Shown: positions 50,401 to 56,378 of the stretch, piece after piece | Numbering within the stretch: the first letter of the stretch is position 1 | Layout: the number at the start of each line of letters is the position of its first letter | NCBI GenBank assembly: GCA_016218825.1 | Contig: JACRCV010000006.1 | Span: 6,797 to 70,796 of the forward strand | Reading direction: 5' to 3' | Source: Deltaproteobacteria bacterium | GTDB lineage: Bacteria > Myxococcota > XYA12-FULL-58-9 | DNA: 64,000 nucleotides | Notes under the pieces: model-generated | What the model saw: only the letters and a program-made list of their open reading frames with translations | Databases searched by the model: none | Told to the model about the DNA's origin: nothing | Position numbers and translations under genes: made by a program

Positions 50401-50790
50401 CACGGGTCGGCGGCGAAGTTCGTGCTCAAGGGCCCGAACACCAACTGGGGCACGAGCATCACGGTGTCGAGCTCAGGGATGCCGGCGGGGACGTTCTGCG
50501 CCAATTGTCATCCACAGGACTTCGCCGGCTCGCGTTTCCCGGATCACACCCGCAGCGACCACCGACGGGCGTGCACGATCTGCCACGTCCTGATCCCGCA
50601 CGGCTCGGGGCGGCCCGGCCTGTTGGCGTCGCTCCCGCCCTCCGGCAGCTACCCGCCGGATGGCGCCAAGATCACCGACTCGGCGCCGTACGCCTCCGGG
50701 GTGACGCTCGGGATCGTGACCTACCCGACGAGCAGCACGACCAACTGGAGGAAGGACGACTGCGGCTGCAACTCGTTCACCAACCACTGA
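41455..50790 (+). CDS. Giant multiheme cytochrome c lipoprotein, 3111 aa, about 80 heme motifs (Geobacter CxxxxCH..CxxCH repeat type)
   Basis: Lipobox AAGC and Cys-rich knot; 14 penta-heme repeats plus a 10-heme C-terminal region. Hand count: 63 CX2CH, 4 CX3CH, 13 CX4CH. Confidence 0.95.
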   Translation: MTLSSRRLFVVCVGLILAPAAGCNRLLAIPDLACNTAADCLADQSCAWRPGACTCKSGACYFDASVAVDWGETGCRACHGSLANPAPPLSIAGGDRADEIAVGAHQTHLGGGLASRPVACSECHQVPVRVDAPGHVDTELPAEVAFGALATGAGAVIADWERGLERCSSYCHGATLPGGTNTTPQWTRVDGSEAACGSCHGLPPAGGHPQSNACEQCHFPSAGPSGSIANRYTHVDGKLDLVLTCTSCHGTPGVNPAPPLDTTGGSATILVTVGAHQGHATTGALRVAIACTECHPDNGTDTAHADGVVDVIFGALADQGTTTTWDGGAATCATDYCHGGSAALQGGSETTPVWTRVDGSQKTCVSCHGSPPPPPHAQSDVCDACHAGYSKTGVTTGVVNLLSHIDGTIDVTSVTCTGCHGDPATGSSYPPRGTHGELQSSDAAVGSHVAHMEPSAWHRQVACGDCHLVPTSPGHTNGVVEVPLGGLAVAAGSTPAFDDAALSCTNVYCHGATLFPANAAGVIRRTPVWTQVDGTFNACGSSCHTNPPGVPHPQVGQCSTCHAAVIDANAVIITPSLHIDGHIDVAPPSCDTCHGSTANPAPPASTTGLTSTTALTVGAHQQHLAVGPLALAMPCDECHLVPAAVTDPAHLDLPPAEVVFGPLATTGAAPAAWDGSRAQCANVYCHGATLTGGSNRTPAWTTVDGSQSACGTCHGNPPPPPHPAPTGCNACHSATVTAAGTLDVAGGHHVDGRVDVDGLSCTSCHGDGLTNDPAPPLGTRGETLTTSPAVGAHVQHRAASNTHRVVQCGDCHVVPSSPMHWNGVVELAFGGPASAGGAAPYYDAASSSCADVYCHGVTLSGPSAGGAVKRTPIWTQVDGSFAACGASCHTNPPGAPHPASTQCWSCHAAVITASGSFANAALHVNGSVDETDPACNSCHGSVANDAPPVSTRGAVTTADIGVGAHQKHLVDGPMRGALACDECHVVPTVVGDPAHIDGLPSEVAFGGLAKTAGAQPAWTRATASCAGAYCHGATLAGGTLKTPVWTTVNGTQAACGTCHGNPPPPPHVQNDACGRCHPGYTKTGPTTGTVNLATHIDGSVDSPALDCSSCHGSAGGNAAPPTDTTGAGATTRIAVGAHQGHVTTGVLRNAIACTECHPDNGLDMRHADGSVDLAFGAVANLGTSTAWSGAAATCAADYCHGGSAALTGGTKTTPVWTTVDGSQKTCVSCHGNPPPPPHVQSGACSTCHAGYSKTGATTGTVDLTTHIDGTIDAATMTCTSCHGTTAVNAAPPVDTTGGSLTALVTVGAHQGHVTTGSLRAAITCSECHPDHGNNMAHSNGVIDMTFGALANHGTTTVWAAGLATCAADYCHGGSAALQGGTKTTPVWTTVDGTQKTCVSCHGNPPAAPHVQNNACGTCHVGYSKTGATIGTVNLATHIDGNIDSVALSCTSCHGAAAVNAAPPVDTTGGVATTRVTVGAHQGHVTTGSLRTAIACTECHPNNGANMVHSNSVVDMVFGVLANHGTTTVWAAGPATCAADYCHGGSAALSGGTKTTPVWTTVDGSQKTCVSCHGNPPPPPHLQNNACGTCHVGFSKTGATTGTVNLATHIDGNIDSVALSCTSCHGTAGLNAAPPVDTTGGSATTLVTVGAHQGHVTTGLLRPAIACTECHIDNGTNAAHSNSAVDMVFGALANQGTTTVWSAAAATCAADYCHGGSAALQGGTKTTPVWTTVDGTQKTCVSCHGNPPPAPHVQTGACGSCHVGYSKTGATTGTVNLTTHIDGKIDAATMTCTSCHGTTAVNAAPPVDTTGGSATTLVTVGAHQGHVTTGSLRTAIACTQCHPDHGTNMAHSNSVIDMTFGALANRGTTTVWAAGPATCAADYCHGGSSALKGGTKTTPVWTTVDGTQKTCVSCHGNPPPAPHVQNNACGPCHTGYTKTGATTGTVNLATHIDGNIDSVALSCTSCHGAFGVNAAPPIDTTGGSATTRVTVGAHQGHVTTGSLRTAIACTECHPDPGTNMQHANGVEDLSFGPIANKGTTTVWNLGARTCAADYCHGGSTALKGGTKTTPVWTTVDGTQKTCTACHGNPPPPAHVQNNACGSCHAGYTKTGATTGTVNLATHVNGTIDVVALTCSTCHGTVAVNNAPPADTTGGSATTLVTVGAHQGHVKNGTLRAAIACSECHPDPGTNMQHGNGVDDVTFGALANRGTVTVWNAAAATCAGNYCHGGSTALKGGTRTTPVWTTVDGTQKTCVSCHGNPPPAPHVQNNACGSCHSGYTKTGATTGTVNLTAHINGAVNTVALSCSTCHGRAGINNAPPADTTGASATTLLTVGAHQAHVTAGALDGAIACTECHPDPGTNMAHANGVQDVVFGALANRGTVTVWNGAGGTCASGYCHGKFQNGNATNTPVWTGGAAQAACGTCHGTGTNPTPGGTHPAVAPTTSCGDCHPGYTRTTVDTILHCNGAIDGAGEPPTSGTSCGACHASTVDVMTGVVAVTTKHTLAGADNPMDPGGAWTGSGTLKASPRYATASCVSMCHPDHPHDLTSPATATHEYNVHLDANARSTSRTSSTRDSTDFDAALATGGLCMSCHTLAVDANHPALSIATYNTSAHDYVTNAQGNWTYTLHDGRVFGRNCTKCHTDPADARPNDGSTPFAAVHSSSAPSLLAGTTNPNGAPASFICYNCHGNGTTGADYSGKNLAAMFAKTGSKHPANTDNVHNSTTEQNNAAFGNTLGVSGRHANCLDCHDQHEAMPTIPMGSTITGTASLATSAVACPSATGLGNKCYTVTGTGTAWSATSPNMTGWRFRLYTQAIWYPVVQVTSATQLLVYSAATPTAGNSTYVLQQLYRGTNRAGPALQGAWGAALTTPPAAWAAPTAASFTKKTIVYGTDLEATLCFKCHSAYYGPLPVSPSGGFTETDTAREFNPANGGAARGSFHPVLASAGGNRGVTKSILPPWTTTSLMACSDCHESETVTDLGGPHGSAAKFVLKGPNTNWGTSITVSSSGMPAGTFCANCHPQDFAGSRFPDHTRSDHRRACTICHVLIPHGSGRPGLLASLPPSGSYPPDGAKITDSAPYASGVTLGIVTYPTSSTTNWRKDDCGCNSFTNH
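44773..48891 (+). repeat. Intragenic tandem array of eight units with exact 513-bp period
   Basis: First Cys codons at 44773, 45286, 45799, 46312, 46825, 47338, 47851, 48364; units are similar but not identical. Confidence 0.92.
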
Positions 50791-50835
50791 GAGCGGCAGC
50801 CGCGGCGCGGGAAACAAAGGCAGGTGCAGCGCGCC

Positions 50836-52215
50836 CTAGATTCGGTGCGCGACCTGCACGAAGAAGGTGTGGAACAGAGCGCCCCGATCGATGAAGCCTT
50901 GATACTCGCCGAGCAGGTGGACGGTCTTGAGGTTGTCGGCGAGCGGGCCGAGCCCCAGCCACAGTGAGCCGTAGACGTTGAACGCCGCCGCCGGCCGCGG
51001 CTCGCGGACCCGCCGGCCGTAGAGCGCGGTGACCCCGGTTTCGATCCCCCAGGTGGTCTCGTCGACGCCGACCATCGCCTCGCCGAGGTGGGTCGGCACG
51101 CCGAAGGTGTCGCGGTAGGCGTAGGCCAGGTCGGTATAGCCCCAGCGCGGCCGCCACTTGAGCCCGGCGCGCGCCTCGCCGCCGTCGAGCTTCTCGGCGT
51201 GTCGCCGGTCGTAGCGCAGCCGCGCGTAGGGCGCGAGCTCCGCGCCGACGTGCAGGGTCTGGGTGAAGCGGGCGCTCGACAAGCGGGTGCCGAGCGGCTC
51301 TTCGCCGTCGATGATGAAGCCGCGCTTCTTGCGCTCCGCCGCCAGGTAGTCGCTCCACCAACGATTCGGCAGGACGGTGTGATTGTGCGACAACACCAGG
51401 GAGCTGTCCCACCACCGCGCCGGGCGAATGCGGGCGAGGGCGTTGAAGCTCGTCAGGTCCAGGCCGCCGTCGACCTTGGCGTTGGTGCCGTAGCGCACGA
51501 GCGGTTGCGGCGCGACGAGGTCGACGACGGTGAAGGTCGAGAACGTCCACTCGCGGCCGAAGCTCAAGAAGGCCCGATGATTGAGATAGGCGCGGTCGAG
51601 CTTGCCGCCGAAGGTCGAGGCTACCGCGCCGCCGGATTGGTTGGCGCCCTCGCCGCGGCTGTCGATCCCGAGCCCGGCGATCGCGAGCTCGTTGTCGAAG
51701 GCGCCGGTTTGCGGGTGCGGCGCGAGGCCGCCGAAGACAAAGAGGCTCGTCGACTCGGTCAGCTGCCGGTCGAGCTTCAAGCCGTCGACCTCGGTGTTGG
51801 CGAGCGGCCGGACCAGCTGGCGGCCGAGCGTCAAGCGCCAGGGGTCGCGGGCTCGTCCGAGCCGCACGTTGCCTTCGACCAGGGTCAGGCGATCGTCGAC
51901 GCTCGGGGCGGTGAAGTGACGCGCACGGCCGTCGATGACGGCGCCGACCGGCAGGCTCGTGAGCTCGCCGGCCTCGGCGAAGACATGCAGATCGGCGAAG
52001 CCAACATCACGCCCGGTGTTGTTGTCGAAGGCATAGAGCCCCGCCAGGGTGATGCGGTCCTGCCAGGTGGGCTGGGCCGGCGTCGGCGCAGTCGCGATCG
52101 ACGCTGGGGGCGGTGGCGCGACCGCGACCGGCGCCGGCTCCGCCGCCGCGGCGTGGGTGGTCACCGCCGCCAAGAGCAGCGAGACGACGAGGGCGGCGGG
52201 CGCGAGCGTGCTCAT
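50836..52215 (-). CDS. Outer-membrane beta-barrel protein, probable porin of a porin-cytochrome conduit
   Basis: Sec signal MSTLAPAALVVSLLLAA, amphipathic strands, C-terminal TFFVQVAHRI; ATG 52215 overlaps the upstream cytochrome stop (ATGA). Confidence 0.8.
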   Translation of the reverse strand: MSTLAPAALVVSLLLAAVTTHAAAAEPAPVAVAPPPPASIATAPTPAQPTWQDRITLAGLYAFDNNTGRDVGFADLHVFAEAGELTSLPVGAVIDGRARHFTAPSVDDRLTLVEGNVRLGRARDPWRLTLGRQLVRPLANTEVDGLKLDRQLTESTSLFVFGGLAPHPQTGAFDNELAIAGLGIDSRGEGANQSGGAVASTFGGKLDRAYLNHRAFLSFGREWTFSTFTVVDLVAPQPLVRYGTNAKVDGGLDLTSFNALARIRPARWWDSSLVLSHNHTVLPNRWWSDYLAAERKKRGFIIDGEEPLGTRLSSARFTQTLHVGAELAPYARLRYDRRHAEKLDGGEARAGLKWRPRWGYTDLAYAYRDTFGVPTHLGEAMVGVDETTWGIETGVTALYGRRVREPRPAAAFNVYGSLWLGLGPLADNLKTVHLLGEYQGFIDRGALFHTFFVQVAHRI

Positions 52216-54737
52216 CGGGTCGCCGGGATCCAGCCCATCGGCGAGTGGCAATCCTCGCAGGTGATCGGGTAGCCCGCGGCCACGTGGTTCGGCACCGTGC
52301 TCGGGTCGTAGTAGCGCTGCAGGTGGCAGGACTCGCAGGTGTCCGGGGTGCCGGCGTAGACCCCGCTGCCGTGGCAGCTCCGGCAGTGCACGAAGCCGTG
52401 GCGGCCGACGAGCGGCCACTCGAAGTGGAAGCGGCGCGCCGGTACGAACCCGGCCTCGGTGTGGCAGCGGTCACAGGGTCGGAGCTCGGCGGTGTGGATC
52501 GGGTCTTTGGCCTTGAGCGCGTCTTGCTGGTGACAGAACTCGCAGTCGGTCGACGTCCCGGCGTAGGTGCCGACGCCGTGGCAGCCACGGCAGGCGGTGC
52601 GGTGGTGCGCGCCGCGGAGCGCGAAGCCGGTCTGCGCGTGCACGAAGCGCGCCGGCAGCCACTCGATCTGGCGGTGACAGTCGCCGCAGAAGGGCCCGAG
52701 CGCGCCGCCGTGGGGGTCTTTGTCGAGATGGCAGCGCTGGCAGAGCTCACCTTGTCCGGCCAACATCAGCCCGGGCTCGTGGCACCGGCCGCAGGGCAGC
52801 GTGGCGTGGACGCCCGCCAACCGGAAGGCGCCGGTGTCGTGCATCGTGGCGCTCACGTCTTTGAAGGCCGTCGGCTTGTGGCAGCTCTGACAAGCCGCGC
52901 CGAAGCGACCGTCGTGGTTGTCCTTGTGGCATTCGGCGCATGTTCTGCCCATCACCGGGAAGGTGCGATCCGCAGGTGTCGCCTCGAGGCCTGCGGTCCA
53001 ACCGGCGACCGGCGGGCCGGCGGCGGGTGGCGGACGGTGACAGAAGGTGCAAGCGACCTGCAGGTGGCGGCCGGTGCGCACGAACTGCGTCATGCGCTCG
53101 TGGTCGAAGCGCGGCGCGCCCTTCGCGGCCAGGTGGCAGCGCTCGCAGGCGTCACCGAGCCGGCCCTTGTGGGGCTCGGCCGCCTTGTGGCAGTCGCTGC
53201 ACTTCAGTCGGCCGGTTCGATACTGGCGATCGGGGTGGCACTTCTTGCACTCGACCTGCTGGTGTAGCCCCTCGAGGCGGAAGCGCTCGGCTTTGTCGTG
53301 ATCGAACACGATCTTCGCGAACTTCACCTCGGGGCTGTGGCAGCGGTTGCAGTCGGCGCCGAGGTCGCCTTTGTGCGGGTCCTTGTGGCAGTCGGTGCAG
53401 GCCCGCTTGCCGGTGCGGAACAGGCCGTTCTTGTGGCAGGTGTCGCATTTCTTCGCCGCCGCGAGCTTGGCGTGGGCGCCGGCGAGGGGGAACGGCGAGT
53501 CGCGGTTGTGGTCGAACACCAGCTTCTTGCCGCCGCTCTCGTCATGACAGGAGACACACGGCTTGTCGCCGAACTGGCCGTTGTGGGCGTTCTTGTGCCG
53601 GTGGCAGTCGCGACACTCGTGGTTCGCGAGCTTCTCCCAGTCCCAGAGCGACTTGCCGCGATGGCAGGCGCGGCAGGTGAGCTTGGTGTGCTTGCCGCTG
53701 AGCTTGAGCTTGGCGACCGCCTCGTGAGCGATCGCGACCGTGCTCGGCGCCGCCGGTTTGTGGCACTGCAGGCAGGCGAGCGCCGCGAAGCGCTTGCGAT
53801 GCGGGTCCTTGTGGCAGCTGTCGCAGCTCTTGGCCGGCTTGACGTTGGCGTCCCGATGACACTTGGCGCACGCCGGCTTCTCGTGGCCGCCGGCCAGCGG
53901 GAACTCACCCTGGCCGTGATCGTAGTCGGCCTTGGCAAAGGCGCGTGCCGGGGTGTGGCAGGCAGCGCACGGGTGGGCGAGGAAGACCTTGCCGTGGCGG
54001 TCCTTGTGGCAGCTCGCGCAAGAGCGGCGGCTCTCGCCCTGCATCGACATCTTGCCCTTCGCGTGGCACTTCACACAGTGCACTTGCAGGTGCTTGCCGA
54101 CGAGGGGGACGCCGGTGTCGTCGCCGTGGTTGAAAGGGATCTGGGCGGCGGTCATGGCCTTGGGCGGCACGCCGCCGACCACGTGGCACTTCAGGCACTC
54201 GTGGCGCAGCTCCTCTTTGGTGAAGGCGTGCGGGTTCTTGTGGCAGGTGTCACAGTCGCGGCTGACCCCCTGGTACGAGGCTCGGCCGGAGGCCAGGCGC
54301 CGTCGGTGACAGGCGCTGCACACCGCCTTGTCGTGCATGCCGGTGAGCGGGAAGCCGGTGCGCTTGTGGTCGAAGCCGGTCTGGCCGCCGAGCAGCGCCC
54401 AATCGATGATGTTGGCGGTGCGGCCCTTGTGCTCCGGGTGGCAGCGGGCGCACGGTTGGCTGAAGGTCGCGTGCAGGCGCTTCTGGTCGATGGCCTCTTT
54501 GAGCGCGGCGTGGTCGTGGCAATCGAGGCAGAGCATCTCCTTCTTGGCGCTCAAGGCCTTGTGGCATTCGAGGCAGCCGGTCGGGTTGTCCCACTTGGCG
54601 TGACCGCCCCACAGCGGTCCGGGCGAGAGTTGGACGAACGGTCCCTGGGCGAACGCCGCAGAGCAGAAGAGCACGGCGCAGCAGAGGATGAAGAGACCGA
54701 TGCCGGCGACGACTCGCCGCGGCTGCCCTCGCCCCAC
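52212..54737 (-). CDS. 33-heme cytochrome c built of c7/c3-like tri-heme repeats
   Basis: 33 hand-counted CxxCH; repeated H..(F)PL.G.H..CxxCH..CxxCH..H..CxxCH; signal peptide ending AFA. GTG 54737 preferred over the track start because repeat B occupies 54743-54824. Confidence 0.92.
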   Translation of the reverse strand: MGRGQPRRVVAGIGLFILCCAVLFCSAAFAQGPFVQLSPGPLWGGHAKWDNPTGCLECHKALSAKKEMLCLDCHDHAALKEAIDQKRLHATFSQPCARCHPEHKGRTANIIDWALLGGQTGFDHKRTGFPLTGMHDKAVCSACHRRRLASGRASYQGVSRDCDTCHKNPHAFTKEELRHECLKCHVVGGVPPKAMTAAQIPFNHGDDTGVPLVGKHLQVHCVKCHAKGKMSMQGESRRSCASCHKDRHGKVFLAHPCAACHTPARAFAKADYDHGQGEFPLAGGHEKPACAKCHRDANVKPAKSCDSCHKDPHRKRFAALACLQCHKPAAPSTVAIAHEAVAKLKLSGKHTKLTCRACHRGKSLWDWEKLANHECRDCHRHKNAHNGQFGDKPCVSCHDESGGKKLVFDHNRDSPFPLAGAHAKLAAAKKCDTCHKNGLFRTGKRACTDCHKDPHKGDLGADCNRCHSPEVKFAKIVFDHDKAERFRLEGLHQQVECKKCHPDRQYRTGRLKCSDCHKAAEPHKGRLGDACERCHLAAKGAPRFDHERMTQFVRTGRHLQVACTFCHRPPPAAGPPVAGWTAGLEATPADRTFPVMGRTCAECHKDNHDGRFGAACQSCHKPTAFKDVSATMHDTGAFRLAGVHATLPCGRCHEPGLMLAGQGELCQRCHLDKDPHGGALGPFCGDCHRQIEWLPARFVHAQTGFALRGAHHRTACRGCHGVGTYAGTSTDCEFCHQQDALKAKDPIHTAELRPCDRCHTEAGFVPARRFHFEWPLVGRHGFVHCRSCHGSGVYAGTPDTCESCHLQRYYDPSTVPNHVAAGYPITCEDCHSPMGWIPATR

Positions 54738-54742
54738 CCGGG

Positions 54743-54824
54743 GGGCGGTCCCGCCGCTAGGTTGGCCGGGGGCGGGGAGCGCGGCCGCATCGGCCGCGCG
54801 GGAATCAACGGAAGGGCAGAGCGC
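54743..54824. repeat. Dispersed repeat family B, copy 1
   Basis: 74/82 identity to 61197-61278; perfect stem GCGCGGCCG-cat-CGGCCGCGC. Confidence 0.85.
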
Positions 54825-54977
54825 TCTAGATTGGCTACGCATCGCTCGTCGTCTGAAGGCTCACGGGAAGCGACAGCGTCGCCTGGATCGATCGGATATT
54901 CAAATACAAAGATGCTCGCCGCACGTCGATGTACTCGCGACCGCAGCGACGGGGGCCATTCAAACCGGTCGGCGTTC

Positions 54978-56153
54978 TCAGGGCTCGAGGCGAAAGACCT
55001 TGGCCGAGAGCCGCTGTTGGTCTTGCTGCTGGAACAGGTACAGGCGGTCGTCGACGATCTCGAAGCTCGAGTGGTTGTCCATGACGCCGTGGTCCTGCAC
55101 CTGCTCTTGGTGCAGCAGCGTGAAGCCGGCCTCGACGTCGAAGAGCGCCAGGTGCTCGCTGACGGCGAAGCCGGCGGCACCGACGAAGGCGTCGACGAAG
55201 TTGATGATCAGCGTGCCGTTCACGTGACGGGCGCGGGTGACCCTGGTGGGAAACGTCCGGCCGCTGACCGGCAGCCGCACCGCGGGCCCGGCGAACGATC
55301 GCAGGTCGTTTGCGAGCGGCAGGATGTAGAGCTCGGAGGTGTTGGGCGCGACCCACATCCCCGACGGGAACCCGGCGACCAGGAAGGGCTCGGCGTCGAT
55401 GTGCAGGAGCGCGCTCTGGCTCAACTGCCGGCCCGGCACCAGGGCGCCGGTGTCGAGCAGGATGTCCTCGGCGACGCTCAGGTCGTCGTCGAGCCGGCGC
55501 AGGTGATGGACGGTGCTCGTGTTCCAGGCGCGGGTCAGGACGTAGCGGGCGCCTCGATGATAGAACGGCGTCGGATCATCGGCGACCTCTGGATTCGCCG
55601 GCACCCCGGTCGGATGCTCCAGGAACTCGCGCTTGACGGCGCAGCCGGTCGCGATGTGGTTGGCGCTCGCCACCACCTGCGGGGGAACGCCGCCATAGGC
55701 CGCCGCATTCAAGAAGTGCTCGTGGCACGCGATCTCGGGCAGCACGACGCTCTCGTAGGCCATCCAGAGCGCGCCGTCGGCGTTGCCGACCCGGAGGTCG
55801 GTGATCATCTCGGTCGCCGGCGCCAGCGCCGTAGGCGCGCCGACGCTGTGCATCTCGGTGTCGTAGCGCTGCAGCTGGGGCCCGCCCTGACCGCTGTTGT
55901 AGGCCAGCCACAGCTCCCCGTTGATGGCCGTCACGTCGGGCCGAAAGCCGATGTCGCCCGCGGGGGTCACGTCGCGCTCCGCGAGCAGCGCGAGCGAAGC
56001 CGGCTTCACCACCGAGGACGCGACCTCGCTGCCGTCCTCGCTGTCGACCGCGACATCGACCGGCCGGCTCGCGCCGCCACAACCGCCCGCGACGAAGAGA
56101 GCCGGAAACAGCAGCGTTGCCGCACGGCCTGACAATTGGTGTCTCGCGCTCAT
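54978..56153 (-). CDS. Hypothetical lipoprotein, probably beta-rich
   Basis: ATG 56153 seven nt after AGGAGA; lipobox AGGC; no recognised domain. Confidence 0.7.
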   Translation of the reverse strand: MSARHQLSGRAATLLFPALFVAGGCGGASRPVDVAVDSEDGSEVASSVVKPASLALLAERDVTPAGDIGFRPDVTAINGELWLAYNSGQGGPQLQRYDTEMHSVGAPTALAPATEMITDLRVGNADGALWMAYESVVLPEIACHEHFLNAAAYGGVPPQVVASANHIATGCAVKREFLEHPTGVPANPEVADDPTPFYHRGARYVLTRAWNTSTVHHLRRLDDDLSVAEDILLDTGALVPGRQLSQSALLHIDAEPFLVAGFPSGMWVAPNTSELYILPLANDLRSFAGPAVRLPVSGRTFPTRVTRARHVNGTLIINFVDAFVGAAGFAVSEHLALFDVEAGFTLLHQEQVQDHGVMDNHSSFEIVDDRLYLFQQQDQQRLSAKVFRLEP

Positions 56154-56233
56154 CGCCAAGTCTCCTGTTGTCGGCCCACCGACCGACGTCGTCGGTTCAC
56201 GGACCGACGGACGCTCGTATCGACCGACAGCGA

Positions 56234-56250
56234 TGCAGCGGCCATGCCAA
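56234..56250 (-). promoter_or_regulatory. Sigma54-like promoter
   Basis: Minus strand TTGGCATGGCCGCTGCA with correct GG-N10-GC spacing, 80 nt before ATG 56153. Confidence 0.5.
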
Positions 56251-56378
56251 GGCCGCGGTCTGAAACTACACGGGATTTCCTTGCCGCTGAGATCTCGAGG
56301 TTACGGTTCGGTCTTTGCCCCGCCGATCAGCCGGCCAGTGCTGGTCGCGGTGGCTCGGCTTCGTGGTCGGAACGAGTG

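Noticed and set aside
43813-50403. 2196-aa minus-strand ORF
   Set aside because: Antisense shadow of the giant cytochrome; high GC3 removes stops on the opposite strand and the product is Arg/Gly/Ala-rich with no motifs.
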